Positions 28,436 to 38,483 of a stretch of DNA of 64,000 nt are shown piece by piece. The stretch is taken from positions 1,761 through 65,760 of the forward strand of contig JAJTXY010000011.1 of the NCBI GenBank assembly GCA_021463865.1. The letters are read 5' to 3'. Numbering within the stretch: position 1 is the first letter of the stretch; the number at the start of each line of letters is the position of its first letter. The notes below the pieces were generated by a model. That model saw nothing but the letters and a program-made list of their open reading frames with translations, ran no database searches and was not told the origin of the DNA. This stretch comes from Anaerolineae bacterium. GTDB taxonomy: Bacteria; Chloroflexota; Anaerolineae; Aggregatilineales; J027. Made by a program: the position numbers and the translations under genes.

Positions 28436-29125
28436 GTGAATATCGAATTCCGTCTGGCCGTGCCCGCCGACGCGCCCCATATTTTCGCAATTAAACAAGC
28501 GGTCTGGCCTTCAGAATCGCCCAAAGGTCAGGCCTATATTGCCGAGGTCATCGCCCTGCCCGACCACGCCACCCACCTTGCTTTTGTGGACGACACACCA
28601 GCGGGTTTTGTGGATGGATTTATGACCTACACCCCGGAAGGTTTGCCGCGCTGGGAAGTGGATTTGCTAGCAGTGCATCCCGACTTTAGGGGCAAAGGCA
28701 TCGCGGTACGGTTGGTCGCCCTTAGCACCGAAACCGGACAGGCCCGCGGCGCGAATTTTGCTCGTGGCTTAGTCGAGATTGAAAACACAGCCAGCCAGCG
28801 CACCTTTGCCCGCTGTGCCTATACCCTCGAAAATCAACATCATGCGTTAATGGTAGGGTCAGAAATACTGATAGACATCCTTATTCTCCCGCCCGAAAAC
28901 ACCCTGTTGACCCCCGTCCAGACCATCAATTATTGCGGTATCTGGGTCGAGGGAGTGTATCAAAAAAACAGCTTCTTGGCGGGGCAAGTTCTCTGCACGC
29001 GGCACGCATGGGACTTAACCGGGGCGGTTATCCCCACCAACGATACAACGGCCCTACAAGTTGCCCAAGAACTTGAGTTCACCCTCGTCGGGCATTATCA
29101 ATGGTGGAAACGGAGTCTGGTGTGA
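28436..29125 (+). CDS. GNAT-family N-acetyltransferase
   Basis: LLAVHPDFRGKGIAVRLV is GNAT motif A. GTG start, with AAGGAG 7 nt upstream. Confidence 0.7.
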   Translation: MNIEFRLAVPADAPHIFAIKQAVWPSESPKGQAYIAEVIALPDHATHLAFVDDTPAGFVDGFMTYTPEGLPRWEVDLLAVHPDFRGKGIAVRLVALSTETGQARGANFARGLVEIENTASQRTFARCAYTLENQHHALMVGSEILIDILILPPENTLLTPVQTINYCGIWVEGVYQKNSFLAGQVLCTRHAWDLTGAVIPTNDTTALQVAQELEFTLVGHYQWWKRSLV

Positions 29126-30726
29126 AACGCTCACAAGAAATTCTCCCCACCGCCCTGTTGATTTTATTGGCCTTTTTCATTCGTGCCCATTCCATCGAGA
29201 GCCTCCCTCCTTTTAACGATGAAAGCCTGCATATCCGCCGCGCTGAACTGATCTATAAATTTACAGATCGTAATCTCAACATGACGCTCGGCAAGCTGCT
29301 TAGTTATTATTGGATTGGCCTGTTTCACCCTGCCCGCTTGGATGCCATTTTTGTAGGCCGAACCGCCAGCACCCTCTTTGCCCTGTTGGGTCTTGCTGCC
29401 GCCTACAGCACCGCCCGTCTTTTATTTGGGCGGATTGGCGGCTGGGTAACACTCGTGCTGGCCTCGTTTTCGCCCTTCATGATTTTTTTTGACCGCCTTG
29501 CCCTTTCGGACGCCCTGACCGCTGCATTGGGCATGTTGGTCATTTGGGCTTCGCTGTTAATGATGCGTCGGGCTAACTGTGGCAAACGCTGTCCATTAGC
29601 GATTTGGGCTGGCATTTTGAGTGGTTTGGTCATTATTTCCAAACTACTCGGCCTCCCGATGGCAGGAGTGCCGTTGGTCGCGGTGATAACCCTCAATCAA
29701 TCCAAATTCAGTGGGTTTAACCTCCAAAGCCTCCGTCAAATTTTGCGCACCCATCGGGATAAACTCACCACTGTCTATATCACCTTTGGTTTGGTAATGC
29801 TGCCGTTTATCTGGCATATCGCAGACCGCACCATCACAGGCAAATACGTCAATGTCGTCAACAACAACCTGATTAACGGAGCCGCTGAAGAAAAATCACC
29901 CCCACAGGTCTTGATTGATAACCTCTATAGTTTGTGGACAGCCAATCAAGTGCTGCACGGCTCTATTTTATGGATTTTGACCCTGATTGGGGCGGCATAT
30001 GTGCTGTGGAGGCGCCCCCGTGAAGGCAGCTATCTCATTCTCTCCACCCTACTGGCGTGGAGCATGTCGCTCGTGTTCGCAGCGGATTTATCCACTCGCT
30101 ATCTCACCCTCGGTGTGTTGCCCTCGCTGGTGATCTTAGGCGGTGCGGTTAGCTTGACCATCCAAGAGGCTGCCAAGATAAATATTGAAAAGCCTACCCT
30201 GCCCGTCACCATGCCCGAACGCGCTGCCATCGCGGTGCTGTTGGTGTGGCTGGTCTGGATTCCCCTCCCCTTTATCAACCACGCATGGAACGACCCAACC
30301 AAACTCCACCTTCCCGAAGCTGACCAATGGGAATATTTTGGCAATTTCGGTTCGGGCTATGCGTTGGTGGATGCTGCCCGCGACATGGAAAATTTACCCC
30401 GTTCCGAGCCAAGTGGACGTGTACAGGTCATAGGCCTAGTCGGTTCATGTCATCAAATCAGGTTGTATCTGGACGAACATGGCCCAGTAAAGCTAGAATG
30501 TCCGTTCTTTGGGTGGCAAGGCGAATTTATGCAAGAGGTCGCCAACTTGATAGATGAGCGAGTAGCGGAAGAAAGCACCGTGTATTTGTTGGTCGAGCCA
30601 GAACTGCGCTTTACCGATCTTTCGATGCTGCATGTTGGCTGGGAACTAATCCACCGCTATCCACGTCCTTTAAACGGGATGACGGTTGAGTTATGGCGAG
30701 TCTATCCAAATACCACCCGACCATAA
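29101..30726 (+). CDS. GT-C fold membrane glycosyltransferase, GT39/ArnT-like, paralog 2
   Basis: NDESLHIRRAE, SPFMIFFDRLALSD and WNDPTKL...YPRPLNGMTVELWRV. The start may instead be GTG 29122, overlapping the GNAT stop. Confidence 0.6.
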   Translation: MVETESGVKRSQEILPTALLILLAFFIRAHSIESLPPFNDESLHIRRAELIYKFTDRNLNMTLGKLLSYYWIGLFHPARLDAIFVGRTASTLFALLGLAAAYSTARLLFGRIGGWVTLVLASFSPFMIFFDRLALSDALTAALGMLVIWASLLMMRRANCGKRCPLAIWAGILSGLVIISKLLGLPMAGVPLVAVITLNQSKFSGFNLQSLRQILRTHRDKLTTVYITFGLVMLPFIWHIADRTITGKYVNVVNNNLINGAAEEKSPPQVLIDNLYSLWTANQVLHGSILWILTLIGAAYVLWRRPREGSYLILSTLLAWSMSLVFAADLSTRYLTLGVLPSLVILGGAVSLTIQEAAKINIEKPTLPVTMPERAAIAVLLVWLVWIPLPFINHAWNDPTKLHLPEADQWEYFGNFGSGYALVDAARDMENLPRSEPSGRVQVIGLVGSCHQIRLYLDEHGPVKLECPFFGWQGEFMQEVANLIDERVAEESTVYLLVEPELRFTDLSMLHVGWELIHRYPRPLNGMTVELWRVYPNTTRP

Positions 30727-30749
30727 TGGGTTATCACAGGTGAGATGTA

Positions 30750-32495
30750 ATGAGTGAGATTGCCAAGCATTCAACGGCAGCCGAGGCCGTAACCGCCCCA
30801 ACCACAGACCGTACTATCCCCCAAAGCGTCGCACAAAAACAAGATTTGGCTGTCGGCGCAGGGATTCAAGTTTTTACCCACCTCCTGCCGATGATTGGCT
30901 TATTATGGGGGTTCTTTTTGCTGCGTGCCCATATGATTGATGTCCACATGGCCTATTTTATTGATGAACTCAATCACGTCAGCCGCGCCCAAGTGGTCTG
31001 GTCGTTTTCGGACATCCAAATCAGCACCACCCCCAGCAAATTTCTGCTCTACTATTACATTGGCCTGTTCGACCTGCCGAACTACCTACCGGGATGGTTG
31101 GCTCGTACCCCCGTCGCCCTGTTTGCGATGGTTGGGGCAGCCTCGACCTATACCTTCACCCGCATGTGGTTTTCGCGTGCCGCCGCCCTCACCGCTGTAA
31201 TTGTCTTGGCCGTATTCCCATTCATGATCTTCCACGAGCGTATGGCCCTTACCGACCCTCTGACCGCCTCAATTGTCATGATGTCCCTGTGGTACAGTCT
31301 GGTGTTGGGGCGACATCCTTCCAAACGCGGGGGCCTCATTTTGGGTCTGATGCTCAGTTTTATGATTGCCGCCAAAATTTTGTCCGTCCCACTATTGGCA
31401 ATGCCCGTCGCGGTGATGGCCTTGTTTGGAAAAAAACCACTGCGCCTTAACCAGAATCTGCGCCAACAAGCCATCGAGTTATGGAAGATATACGGCCCAA
31501 CCTTGTTAAACGCTGCATTGGTGGTCAGCGTAATCTGGGGCATCATCATGGGCTTTTATTTTATACATGGCTTGTTATACCCCGAAGAATCCCGTCCACT
31601 GGTGGATGATTATCTCTATGGCCTACCCGACAGTGATACGGTGCTAGATGGCAACATGACCCATGTTGAAGAAGCCTTCCGCTACTTATGGGGGCCTCTG
31701 CTTACTGCCATAAGTTTTGTCGGCATTCTAGTGCTGGTGTGGAAACGCTGGCGTGAGGCGGCCCTGTTGGTAGGATGTATTCTTGCCGTGTGGCTACCGT
31801 TGATATTTGTGGCCCAGCGTCCCAATTCGCGTTATCTATCCGTCGTCGGTCATCTATGGGTCATATTGGCCGTGGGTGGGATGTTCATTCTCAAAGATGA
31901 ACTAAGCCGACTCTTGAAACCGACCCCGCTGAAGTTTGTCCAATGGACTCCCGTTGTTTTGTTGGGAGTATGGGTCGTGACCTTTGGCACACCTTTTAGT
32001 TATCAGAATATCTATGAGCCGACAGCCCTCAAATTACCCGAACGCGAAACACACGGCTACTTCCGCAATTTCACCGGATTTGCCCTACGTGATGCCCTCG
32101 AACTGGTCGAAACTCTACCTCCCATATCGGAAGGCACTAACCAGCGGGTGGTAGTAGGTATCATTCGTTCGTGTCCTTTCCTGCATTATCATATGGCAGA
32201 GGACGCCCCCATCAAGATTATCTGCCCGCCCGAACGCGAAGTGCGGCATGAAGTATTAAATGCTGCGCTAGAACAATACGGCGCGGTGTATATGTTTAAT
32301 GAACAACTGCCACCCCCGCGTACCGATCTCGTTTTGCATCGTGAACGGATAGCAGGTCGCGCCCAGTGGTTGGCAACCTATCACCGTCCGCATGGTGGTA
32401 TTATCGTAGACGTATATATCGTCTACCCCGGTCAAATTCCGGTTAGTGGTGTCCGTACCACCCCCGATGACGACGAGATACCTTTGGTTAAGTAA
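30750..32495 (+). CDS. GT-C fold membrane glycosyltransferase, GT39/ArnT-like, paralog 3
   Basis: IDELNHVSRAQ, FPFMIFHERMALTD and YHRPHGGIIVDVYIVYP. It shares long identical runs with paralog 4. Confidence 0.6.
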   Translation: MSEIAKHSTAAEAVTAPTTDRTIPQSVAQKQDLAVGAGIQVFTHLLPMIGLLWGFFLLRAHMIDVHMAYFIDELNHVSRAQVVWSFSDIQISTTPSKFLLYYYIGLFDLPNYLPGWLARTPVALFAMVGAASTYTFTRMWFSRAAALTAVIVLAVFPFMIFHERMALTDPLTASIVMMSLWYSLVLGRHPSKRGGLILGLMLSFMIAAKILSVPLLAMPVAVMALFGKKPLRLNQNLRQQAIELWKIYGPTLLNAALVVSVIWGIIMGFYFIHGLLYPEESRPLVDDYLYGLPDSDTVLDGNMTHVEEAFRYLWGPLLTAISFVGILVLVWKRWREAALLVGCILAVWLPLIFVAQRPNSRYLSVVGHLWVILAVGGMFILKDELSRLLKPTPLKFVQWTPVVLLGVWVVTFGTPFSYQNIYEPTALKLPERETHGYFRNFTGFALRDALELVETLPPISEGTNQRVVVGIIRSCPFLHYHMAEDAPIKIICPPEREVRHEVLNAALEQYGAVYMFNEQLPPPRTDLVLHRERIAGRAQWLATYHRPHGGIIVDVYIVYPGQIPVSGVRTTPDDDEIPLVK

Positions 32496-32579
32496 ACCAT
32501 ATCCAAAAGCGGTGAATCACTATAAATTCGTGGAAGGTCTATTCACCATTCAAAAGGGGCAGGTTGTCTTACAAACAGC

Positions 32580-34433
32580 ATGGGAGACAGCCAGATTATG
32601 AACACGTCAGGGAAGCAATCGGTTAATCAAACTATACTCTCTCCCGTATCCAACATCGTAATTGCGCCGCCGTTGGGCCATACCGGAGATATGACATCTC
32701 ATCCTACTTCGACTCTTCACCAACCCCATGCCGCCACTGCCGACTATGCTGGGTTGCGAGTCTTTGTTGGGATACTGCCTGTCGTCGCATTGCTGCTGGG
32801 TTTCTTTTTTGTCCGAGCGCATGTGATTGATGGCCCAATGCCCTATTTTGTAGACGAAATCCGCCACATCGAACGTGGGCGCATCGTCTGGTCATTTTCG
32901 GATACCCAGACCAGCACCACACCGGGCAAATTTCTCCTCTACTATTGGATCGGCCTATTTGATCTGCCCGATCATCTGCCGGGGTGGATGGCACGTACAC
33001 CCGTCGCCCTATTCACCATGTTGGGTGCAGCAGGGACATTCGCGCTGGCCCGTTTGATGTTTTCCCGCCAGACAGCCCTCCTTGCGCTTGCGATCTTGGG
33101 CGTTTTCCCATTTATGACCTTTTATGAGCGTCTCGCCCTAAGCGATTCCATGACGGCAGCATTGGTGGTACTCATGGCATGGTGGAGTTTAGTGGTTTTG
33201 CGCCAACCCACCGCCAAAAATGGTTTGATTTTGGGTGTACTACTGACGTTTATGCTGGCCGCCAAAATTCTCGCTGTTCCACTGCTCATCATGCCCGTCT
33301 TGGCGGTTATCCTGCTGAGTAAACACCACTTCATTTCGCGCTTTAATTTGAGCCAACAAAGCCTCGATGCGTGGCGGGCCTATCATAAACCTCTGCTGGT
33401 TGCCTTCGTGCTGACTGGAATCATTTGGGGGCTGCTGTTAGGCTTCTACAAATATCGCCAACTGACCGACCCCGCTGGTACAAGCCCAATCGTAGACCGC
33501 TACTTGTACGAAGGGGTGCGTTCCAATCTGCATATGGCGCAGCAGTTGTCTATCAGCGGACGCCTTATCAATAATTTGCGACGCACCGGGGAAGTGGTTT
33601 TTTATCTCTGGGGGCCGCTTTTGGCAGGGCTAACCCTTATTTCTTTGCCAGTTTTGGGGAAAAAGCAATGGCGTGAAACGGTGTTTTTATTGGCTGGGGT
33701 GGTGGTGTTATGGGGCACGGTTATTTTTTCAGCGGGCCGCCTCACGACGCGCTACCTGATGCCTGTGGGACACCTGTGGGTCATCTTAATCGCCGCCGGG
33801 GTGTTGGCACTGCAATCTGAGATGAATCAACGGCAGGGTCGTTGGCGCACCTTTGCATGGACACCCTTAGCTGTACTGCTGATTTGGGGCATTGCATTTG
33901 GTGGCCCATTCTATAATAAGTTGGTCGAAAATCCCGCCGAACTCGCCTTACCCGAACGCGACACCTACGAATATTTCCAGAACCAGACGGGCTATGCGGT
34001 GCGCGATGTTCTCCAAGATGTTGCCCAAATGCCCATTATTTCGCGTGATACCGATGTCCCGATTGTGTTTGGTATGGTCAGAACGTGTTCCTACCTCAGT
34101 AACCATATTTCGGCAGATGTATACAACCGCCTGCGGATTGTATGCAGCCCCGAATATACCGAATGGCCCGGACGGGATTGGCCCGATAACGTTATGCGTT
34201 ATACTTATCTCAATAACCTGTTAGCCGAACATGGCCCGGTTTATCTCATGATAGAAGAATTTCAAGAGGAAAGGGACAACCGCTTTCTCCAAATTGACCC
34301 GCGTATTTTGCAGGGACGTTTGGAATGGGTTGCCACCTACCACCGTCCCCATAATGGCGTACAAGTCAGCCTATATATCGTTCATCCACAAGGCCAACTC
34401 ATGAGCAATCTGCGGCCCTCACCGGAAAATTAA
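32580..34433 (+). CDS. GT-C fold membrane glycosyltransferase, GT39/ArnT-like, paralog 4
   Basis: VDEIRHIERGR, FPFMTFYERLALSD and YHRPHNGVQVSLYIVHP. Confidence 0.6.
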   Translation: MGDSQIMNTSGKQSVNQTILSPVSNIVIAPPLGHTGDMTSHPTSTLHQPHAATADYAGLRVFVGILPVVALLLGFFFVRAHVIDGPMPYFVDEIRHIERGRIVWSFSDTQTSTTPGKFLLYYWIGLFDLPDHLPGWMARTPVALFTMLGAAGTFALARLMFSRQTALLALAILGVFPFMTFYERLALSDSMTAALVVLMAWWSLVVLRQPTAKNGLILGVLLTFMLAAKILAVPLLIMPVLAVILLSKHHFISRFNLSQQSLDAWRAYHKPLLVAFVLTGIIWGLLLGFYKYRQLTDPAGTSPIVDRYLYEGVRSNLHMAQQLSISGRLINNLRRTGEVVFYLWGPLLAGLTLISLPVLGKKQWRETVFLLAGVVVLWGTVIFSAGRLTTRYLMPVGHLWVILIAAGVLALQSEMNQRQGRWRTFAWTPLAVLLIWGIAFGGPFYNKLVENPAELALPERDTYEYFQNQTGYAVRDVLQDVAQMPIISRDTDVPIVFGMVRTCSYLSNHISADVYNRLRIVCSPEYTEWPGRDWPDNVMRYTYLNNLLAEHGPVYLMIEEFQEERDNRFLQIDPRILQGRLEWVATYHRPHNGVQVSLYIVHPQGQLMSNLRPSPEN

Positions 34434-34438
34434 ACTTT

Positions 34439-35356
34439 ATGGACAAACGTACCCTGATTGTCGTCAATCCTAATGCTGGCAGTGGTCGTGCTGGCAAGCT
34501 GTGGCATCAAATTGAGCCGATGTTGTGGAAAGAACTGGGTGAATTAGTCGTCGCCATCACCCAACGCCTCGAAGATGTCGCTGAACACCTCGACAAAGCC
34601 CGCGCGGCTGGCATTTCACGGGTCATTGCAATAGGCGGGGACGGGACAAATCATGCCCTTGTCAACGCCATCCAAACCCTTGCCAAAGCCGACCCCTCCG
34701 CCCCACCCATGATCTTTGGACAGCTACCGATTGGCACAGGCCGCGATTTTTCCCGTACCCTCAATATTCCGATTGACCCCGAAGCCGCCGTCAAATGGAT
34801 CACGCAAGCCAATCCTAAGTCCCTCGATTTGGGCCACCTGACTTATGATGATGCCAACCGCTATTTTTTGAATATCGCCAGTGCAGGCATCGGGGGTGAG
34901 GTAGATCGTCGCGTCAATGCTCGCAGCAAACGCCGCCCTTGGACATTTAAATTAGCCACTGTTCAAGCCCTGCTCAGTTACAGCCCCAAAAAGATCAAGG
35001 TCATGTTGGATGGAGCGGCGTGGTATGAAGGCAAAGCATGGGCTGTGGTCGTCGCCAACGGACGCATGTTTGGGCACGGTATGAAAATCGCCCCCAATGC
35101 CGAAATTGACGATGGCCTATTTGATGTGGTCTTGATTGAAGATACGCCGCGTCTCTCTGCTATTCTTGCGCTCAATTCCGTATACAGCGGTAAGCATTTG
35201 CTGCGGGAGGATGTGCATTATAAGCAGGCTAAAGTGGTGACTGTCGAATGTCAGGCCAGTGCCATCGGCCTCGATATTGATGGCGAACACGCCACCGGAA
35301 ATCATTTAAACTTTTCGGTTGAGCCGGGGGCATTAAAGATGCTGGTCAGTGGATAA
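34439..35356 (+). CDS. YegS/BmrU-type lipid kinase (DAGK catalytic domain)
   Basis: NPNAGSGRA...VIAIGGDGTNHALVNA... Confidence 0.8.
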   Translation: MDKRTLIVVNPNAGSGRAGKLWHQIEPMLWKELGELVVAITQRLEDVAEHLDKARAAGISRVIAIGGDGTNHALVNAIQTLAKADPSAPPMIFGQLPIGTGRDFSRTLNIPIDPEAAVKWITQANPKSLDLGHLTYDDANRYFLNIASAGIGGEVDRRVNARSKRRPWTFKLATVQALLSYSPKKIKVMLDGAAWYEGKAWAVVVANGRMFGHGMKIAPNAEIDDGLFDVVLIEDTPRLSAILALNSVYSGKHLLREDVHYKQAKVVTVECQASAIGLDIDGEHATGNHLNFSVEPGALKMLVSG

Positions 35357-35368
35357 GAGGATTGGGTT

Positions 35369-36013
35369 ATGCGGCAATTCGCTATCGCGCTCATATTAAT
35401 TTTGGCTCTGGTGGCCTGTGATAAGGACGACCAACCGACGAAAATAGCACCGACGCCAACGCCAACCGTGAGTGTTATCACCAATTTTACTGGCCCCATT
35501 CTTAATTCTGGCGGTGGGTCAGGCGAAGCGTGTGGTGAAGCTGATCCCAATAATCCTGACGCCGCGTGTGGTGTGCCGGGAATATCCTCTATCGAAAATT
35601 CTGGCAGTAGCGCCCCCCTGCCACTTACCGAACAAACCGCTTTTGGCCTGACCATTGGCGTGCCAGACGGATTTTCCCCCGTCGAACTAAGCAACCGATT
35701 ACTGATCAGTGCCACCGACCCCGCCAACACCCCCGGCGAATTCACCGTCATTATTCGGCGTGTCACGGCGGATGAATTAACAGGCTATCTCGACCAGATT
35801 GCCGATTTGGATGCCACCAAGCAGTTTGACCGCCAAAATGCGAATGGTTCAATGACAGGCTATACCATTCCCTATGGAGAACGGGGTGAGGTTGCGGTAT
35901 TTGACTTAGGTGAAGGGCAGTCGTTATTTATCAATGGCTTTGCTGCGCCGGGCTATTGGGACACCTATAGCGCGACTTTTGAAGCGATGTTAGATTCGCT
36001 TCGTTTAGCTTAA
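35369..36013 (+). CDS. putative lipoprotein
   Basis: The signal MRQFAIALILILALVAC carries a lipobox-like LVAC. Confidence 0.6.
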   Translation: MRQFAIALILILALVACDKDDQPTKIAPTPTPTVSVITNFTGPILNSGGGSGEACGEADPNNPDAACGVPGISSIENSGSSAPLPLTEQTAFGLTIGVPDGFSPVELSNRLLISATDPANTPGEFTVIIRRVTADELTGYLDQIADLDATKQFDRQNANGSMTGYTIPYGERGEVAVFDLGEGQSLFINGFAAPGYWDTYSATFEAMLDSLRLA

Positions 36014-36021
36014 AAACAAAA

Positions 36022-36052
36022 CAGAGTATCCCAAAGGATACCCTGTTTTTTT
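36022..36052 (+). terminator. intrinsic terminator
   Basis: CAGAGTATCC-caaa-GGATACCCTG followed by T7. Confidence 0.65.
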
Positions 36053-36053
36053 G

Positions 36054-36125
36054 CTGGGAGACCTGGACTCGAACCAGGACTGATGGATCCAAAGTCCACT
36101 GTTCTGCCGATTAAACTATCTCCCA
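36054..36125 (-). tRNA. tRNA-Gln (anticodon UUG), no encoded CCA
   Basis: TGGGAGA-TA-GTTT-AATCGGCA-GAAC-A-GTGGA-CTTTGGA-TCCAT-CAGT-CCTGG-TTCGAGT-CCAGG-TCTCCCA-G. An extended -10 (TGGTAAAAT) lies at 36148-36140. Confidence 0.9.
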
Positions 36126-36279
36126 CTGTGAACGTCCCCATTTTACCATAGGTTGTCAATCCCACTCAATAGTCGGTAAACAAAATTTCATCTTCACCCG
36201 CAAGTCACTTATTGCCTATGCAGAAAAACCGACACATAATCTTGCATAGCACTTTCAAGATAACCAAAGGATTTGAGGA

Positions 36280-38211
36280 ATGGGCTTCAAGAATACTTTC
36301 CCCCAATTGATACTCATACTGGCCCTTCTAACCAGCCTTATTGCTCCTATGGCGGCATTTGCTAATCCCCCACGCCAAACACCCCTGACCCAATATGTCC
36401 AAAGTAGCGATGGGCGGGTATCGCTGCGTCTGCCCGATAGTTGGACATATACTGATGTGGTGGCAAGCGAAAATATTCTCACCTATGGGGATTCCGCCGA
36501 CGCCGTAACAGGTCGCCTCAATGATGTGCGCGGTCAAACCAGCTTTATCGTGGGTAATGGCGGCACGATTGTCCTGCTTAATGTCGCCGATTATGGCTAT
36601 ACGACAGCCTCAATCGAGGTTCTAAAATCCGTGATGGATTCGGGTCTCCTCGGCGTTCAAGATGTTGGAGGGACTGTCCTTGAACAGCCTCAAGAAGTCG
36701 AAATCAATCCCGGTCAAACGATTTTTTTGGCCGTTATCGAAGCGGGCAGTGAAAAGGGTTATGCTGCCACGATTGGATTTGGCGACATGATGGCGCTCAT
36801 GACTGCTACAGGGACCCCTGCCACATGGGAATCCAACCGCGATCTGCTGTATTCGATTATTCAGTCGGTGCGTATGCCTGCCGACCCCAGCACTGCCCCG
36901 CCGGATGAGAATTTACCCCCTGAAGATGAAGTGACCGTCGTTCGGGCCACCGATGGCAGTCTATCTGTTGGAATTCCGACGGGGTGGAGCTTCAAAGATC
37001 AGTTGACCGATAACCAAATTTTTGTATTTGGCGAGACTGAAGCCGAAGCCGAAAATCGTTCAGTGTTTTGGATTTCCAACGAAGAAATAGTGGTCGGCGG
37101 GAAGGGTGGATTAATTTCCTCACGTCCCCTCTCTGAAATTGGCCTTGACCCTGCAACAGTCAATATCGGCAACACCTCCAACAACTTTATCCGGAATTTG
37201 GGTGTGACAGTAGTCGAAGTTCGACAGCTATTTACCGTCAATAATGCCCCCGGTGCCTATGCCGTTGTGGATTGGGGTCAGCAGCGCGGCTTTTTGGCAT
37301 TTATTGTCTTTGGTGAGATGCTGGCAATCGTCTACATCTCAGATTCGCCCGCAAATTTTGAAGCCTCCCGCGATACTCTATTCCCAATTCTTGAATCCGT
37401 TCGTATTCCGGCAGAAATCGCCGCTCCGCCCACCGCTGGAACAGGTGGAAATAATCCGCCAAATAATGGGGGAACAGGCTTAGGCGGTGTATTAGGCAAT
37501 ACGGGCAACACCTCTACTGTCGCCCTGCCCCAAGCCCTACGTAACGAAGCCGAGACGCTTGAAATATTGCTGCCTGAAAACTGGCAGACGTTTATAGCGT
37601 CTAGCGAGGAAGCCCTCATCGCTGGAGGCGATACCATCTATTTTGCCAGCAGCCAATCTGAAATTGATGTCCTGCGAAATTCCGGTCTCCCAGCAGCGGC
37701 AGGCGGGGTCATCATTTTCTTTGACCGCATTTTGATAGACGCCACCAAGAGTCTAACCCCCGAAGAGATTTTTGCGCTACTCGACCCTTCAGAATTGACA
37801 GGGCGATCCACCACGCAGACGGATACCATCAATGGTAATCAGGCCATCTGGTTTGAATTTAATCAGGAAACTCCAACGCAAACACATGGTTATTGGGTGA
37901 TATTTGTTTTTGAGGATAAGCTGGCATTGATGGCCCTACGAACAGCGCCCAGCGATTGGGAACAATCCGGGGCAATATTGGAGGCCATTTTCCGGTCTGT
38001 GCGCTACAACCCTGAAGGGTTAAGTGGTCTAGGCAGTACAGGCGGTTTGGGCGGCCTCGGCGGTTCAGCCACCCCTGCCCCATTACGTCCCGGCGGTGCC
38101 ACCCCCACGCCGACCCGTCCATCCGCCAGCCCGACACCAACCTTTACGCCAACCACCGATTCAGGTCAAATTCAAACGACCCCCACGCCTACTTTGTCAT
38201 CGGTAGGATAA
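36280..38211 (+). CDS. secreted protein with three internal repeats of an unknown domain and a Pro/Thr-rich C-terminus
   Basis: Signal peptide present. The repeat ends recur as SNRDLLYSIIQSVRMP, ASRDTLFPILESVRIP and QSGAILEAIFRSVRYNP. The tail reads ...PTPTRPSASPTPTFTPTT. Confidence 0.6.
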   Translation: MGFKNTFPQLILILALLTSLIAPMAAFANPPRQTPLTQYVQSSDGRVSLRLPDSWTYTDVVASENILTYGDSADAVTGRLNDVRGQTSFIVGNGGTIVLLNVADYGYTTASIEVLKSVMDSGLLGVQDVGGTVLEQPQEVEINPGQTIFLAVIEAGSEKGYAATIGFGDMMALMTATGTPATWESNRDLLYSIIQSVRMPADPSTAPPDENLPPEDEVTVVRATDGSLSVGIPTGWSFKDQLTDNQIFVFGETEAEAENRSVFWISNEEIVVGGKGGLISSRPLSEIGLDPATVNIGNTSNNFIRNLGVTVVEVRQLFTVNNAPGAYAVVDWGQQRGFLAFIVFGEMLAIVYISDSPANFEASRDTLFPILESVRIPAEIAAPPTAGTGGNNPPNNGGTGLGGVLGNTGNTSTVALPQALRNEAETLEILLPENWQTFIASSEEALIAGGDTIYFASSQSEIDVLRNSGLPAAAGGVIIFFDRILIDATKSLTPEEIFALLDPSELTGRSTTQTDTINGNQAIWFEFNQETPTQTHGYWVIFVFEDKLALMALRTAPSDWEQSGAILEAIFRSVRYNPEGLSGLGSTGGLGGLGGSATPAPLRPGGATPTPTRPSASPTPTFTPTTDSGQIQTTPTPTLSSVG

Positions 38212-38230
38212 TTTTTGCGCCAATCTCACA

Positions 38231-38271
38231 CCCCTTCACCTAAGATCGTTCAAAGGGAAGGGGCAATTTTT
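38231..38271 (+). terminator. intrinsic terminator after the 643-aa gene
   Basis: CCCCTTC-N19-GAAGGGG-CAA-TTTTT. Confidence 0.55.
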
Positions 38272-38289
38272 GAATGCGAGTATGTAACC

Positions 38290-38475
38290 ATGAAAGTCGC
38301 TTTTCAAACTCATAATTTAAGTATGGAAGAATGTATCGCACGACTTGAAAGCCTTTGCACTACGAGAACCTTCTCAAGAAAAGGTTTCGATATATCCCCA
38401 AAAGCTAACTCTGGGTTTAGTCTGAAAAATTACCTTCAATGCCGCTTGATCCCCTTTTCTCTGGCGTATTCTTGA
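38290..38475 (+). CDS. hypothetical small protein in AT-rich island (possibly the 5' part of a frameshifted gene)
   Basis: The ORF starts MKVAFQTHNLSMEE. The next ORF continues in another frame after an A5 run. Confidence 0.25.
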   Translation: MKVAFQTHNLSMEECIARLESLCTTRTFSRKGFDISPKANSGFSLKNYLQCRLIPFSLAYS

Positions 38476-38483
38476 ACAAAAAT

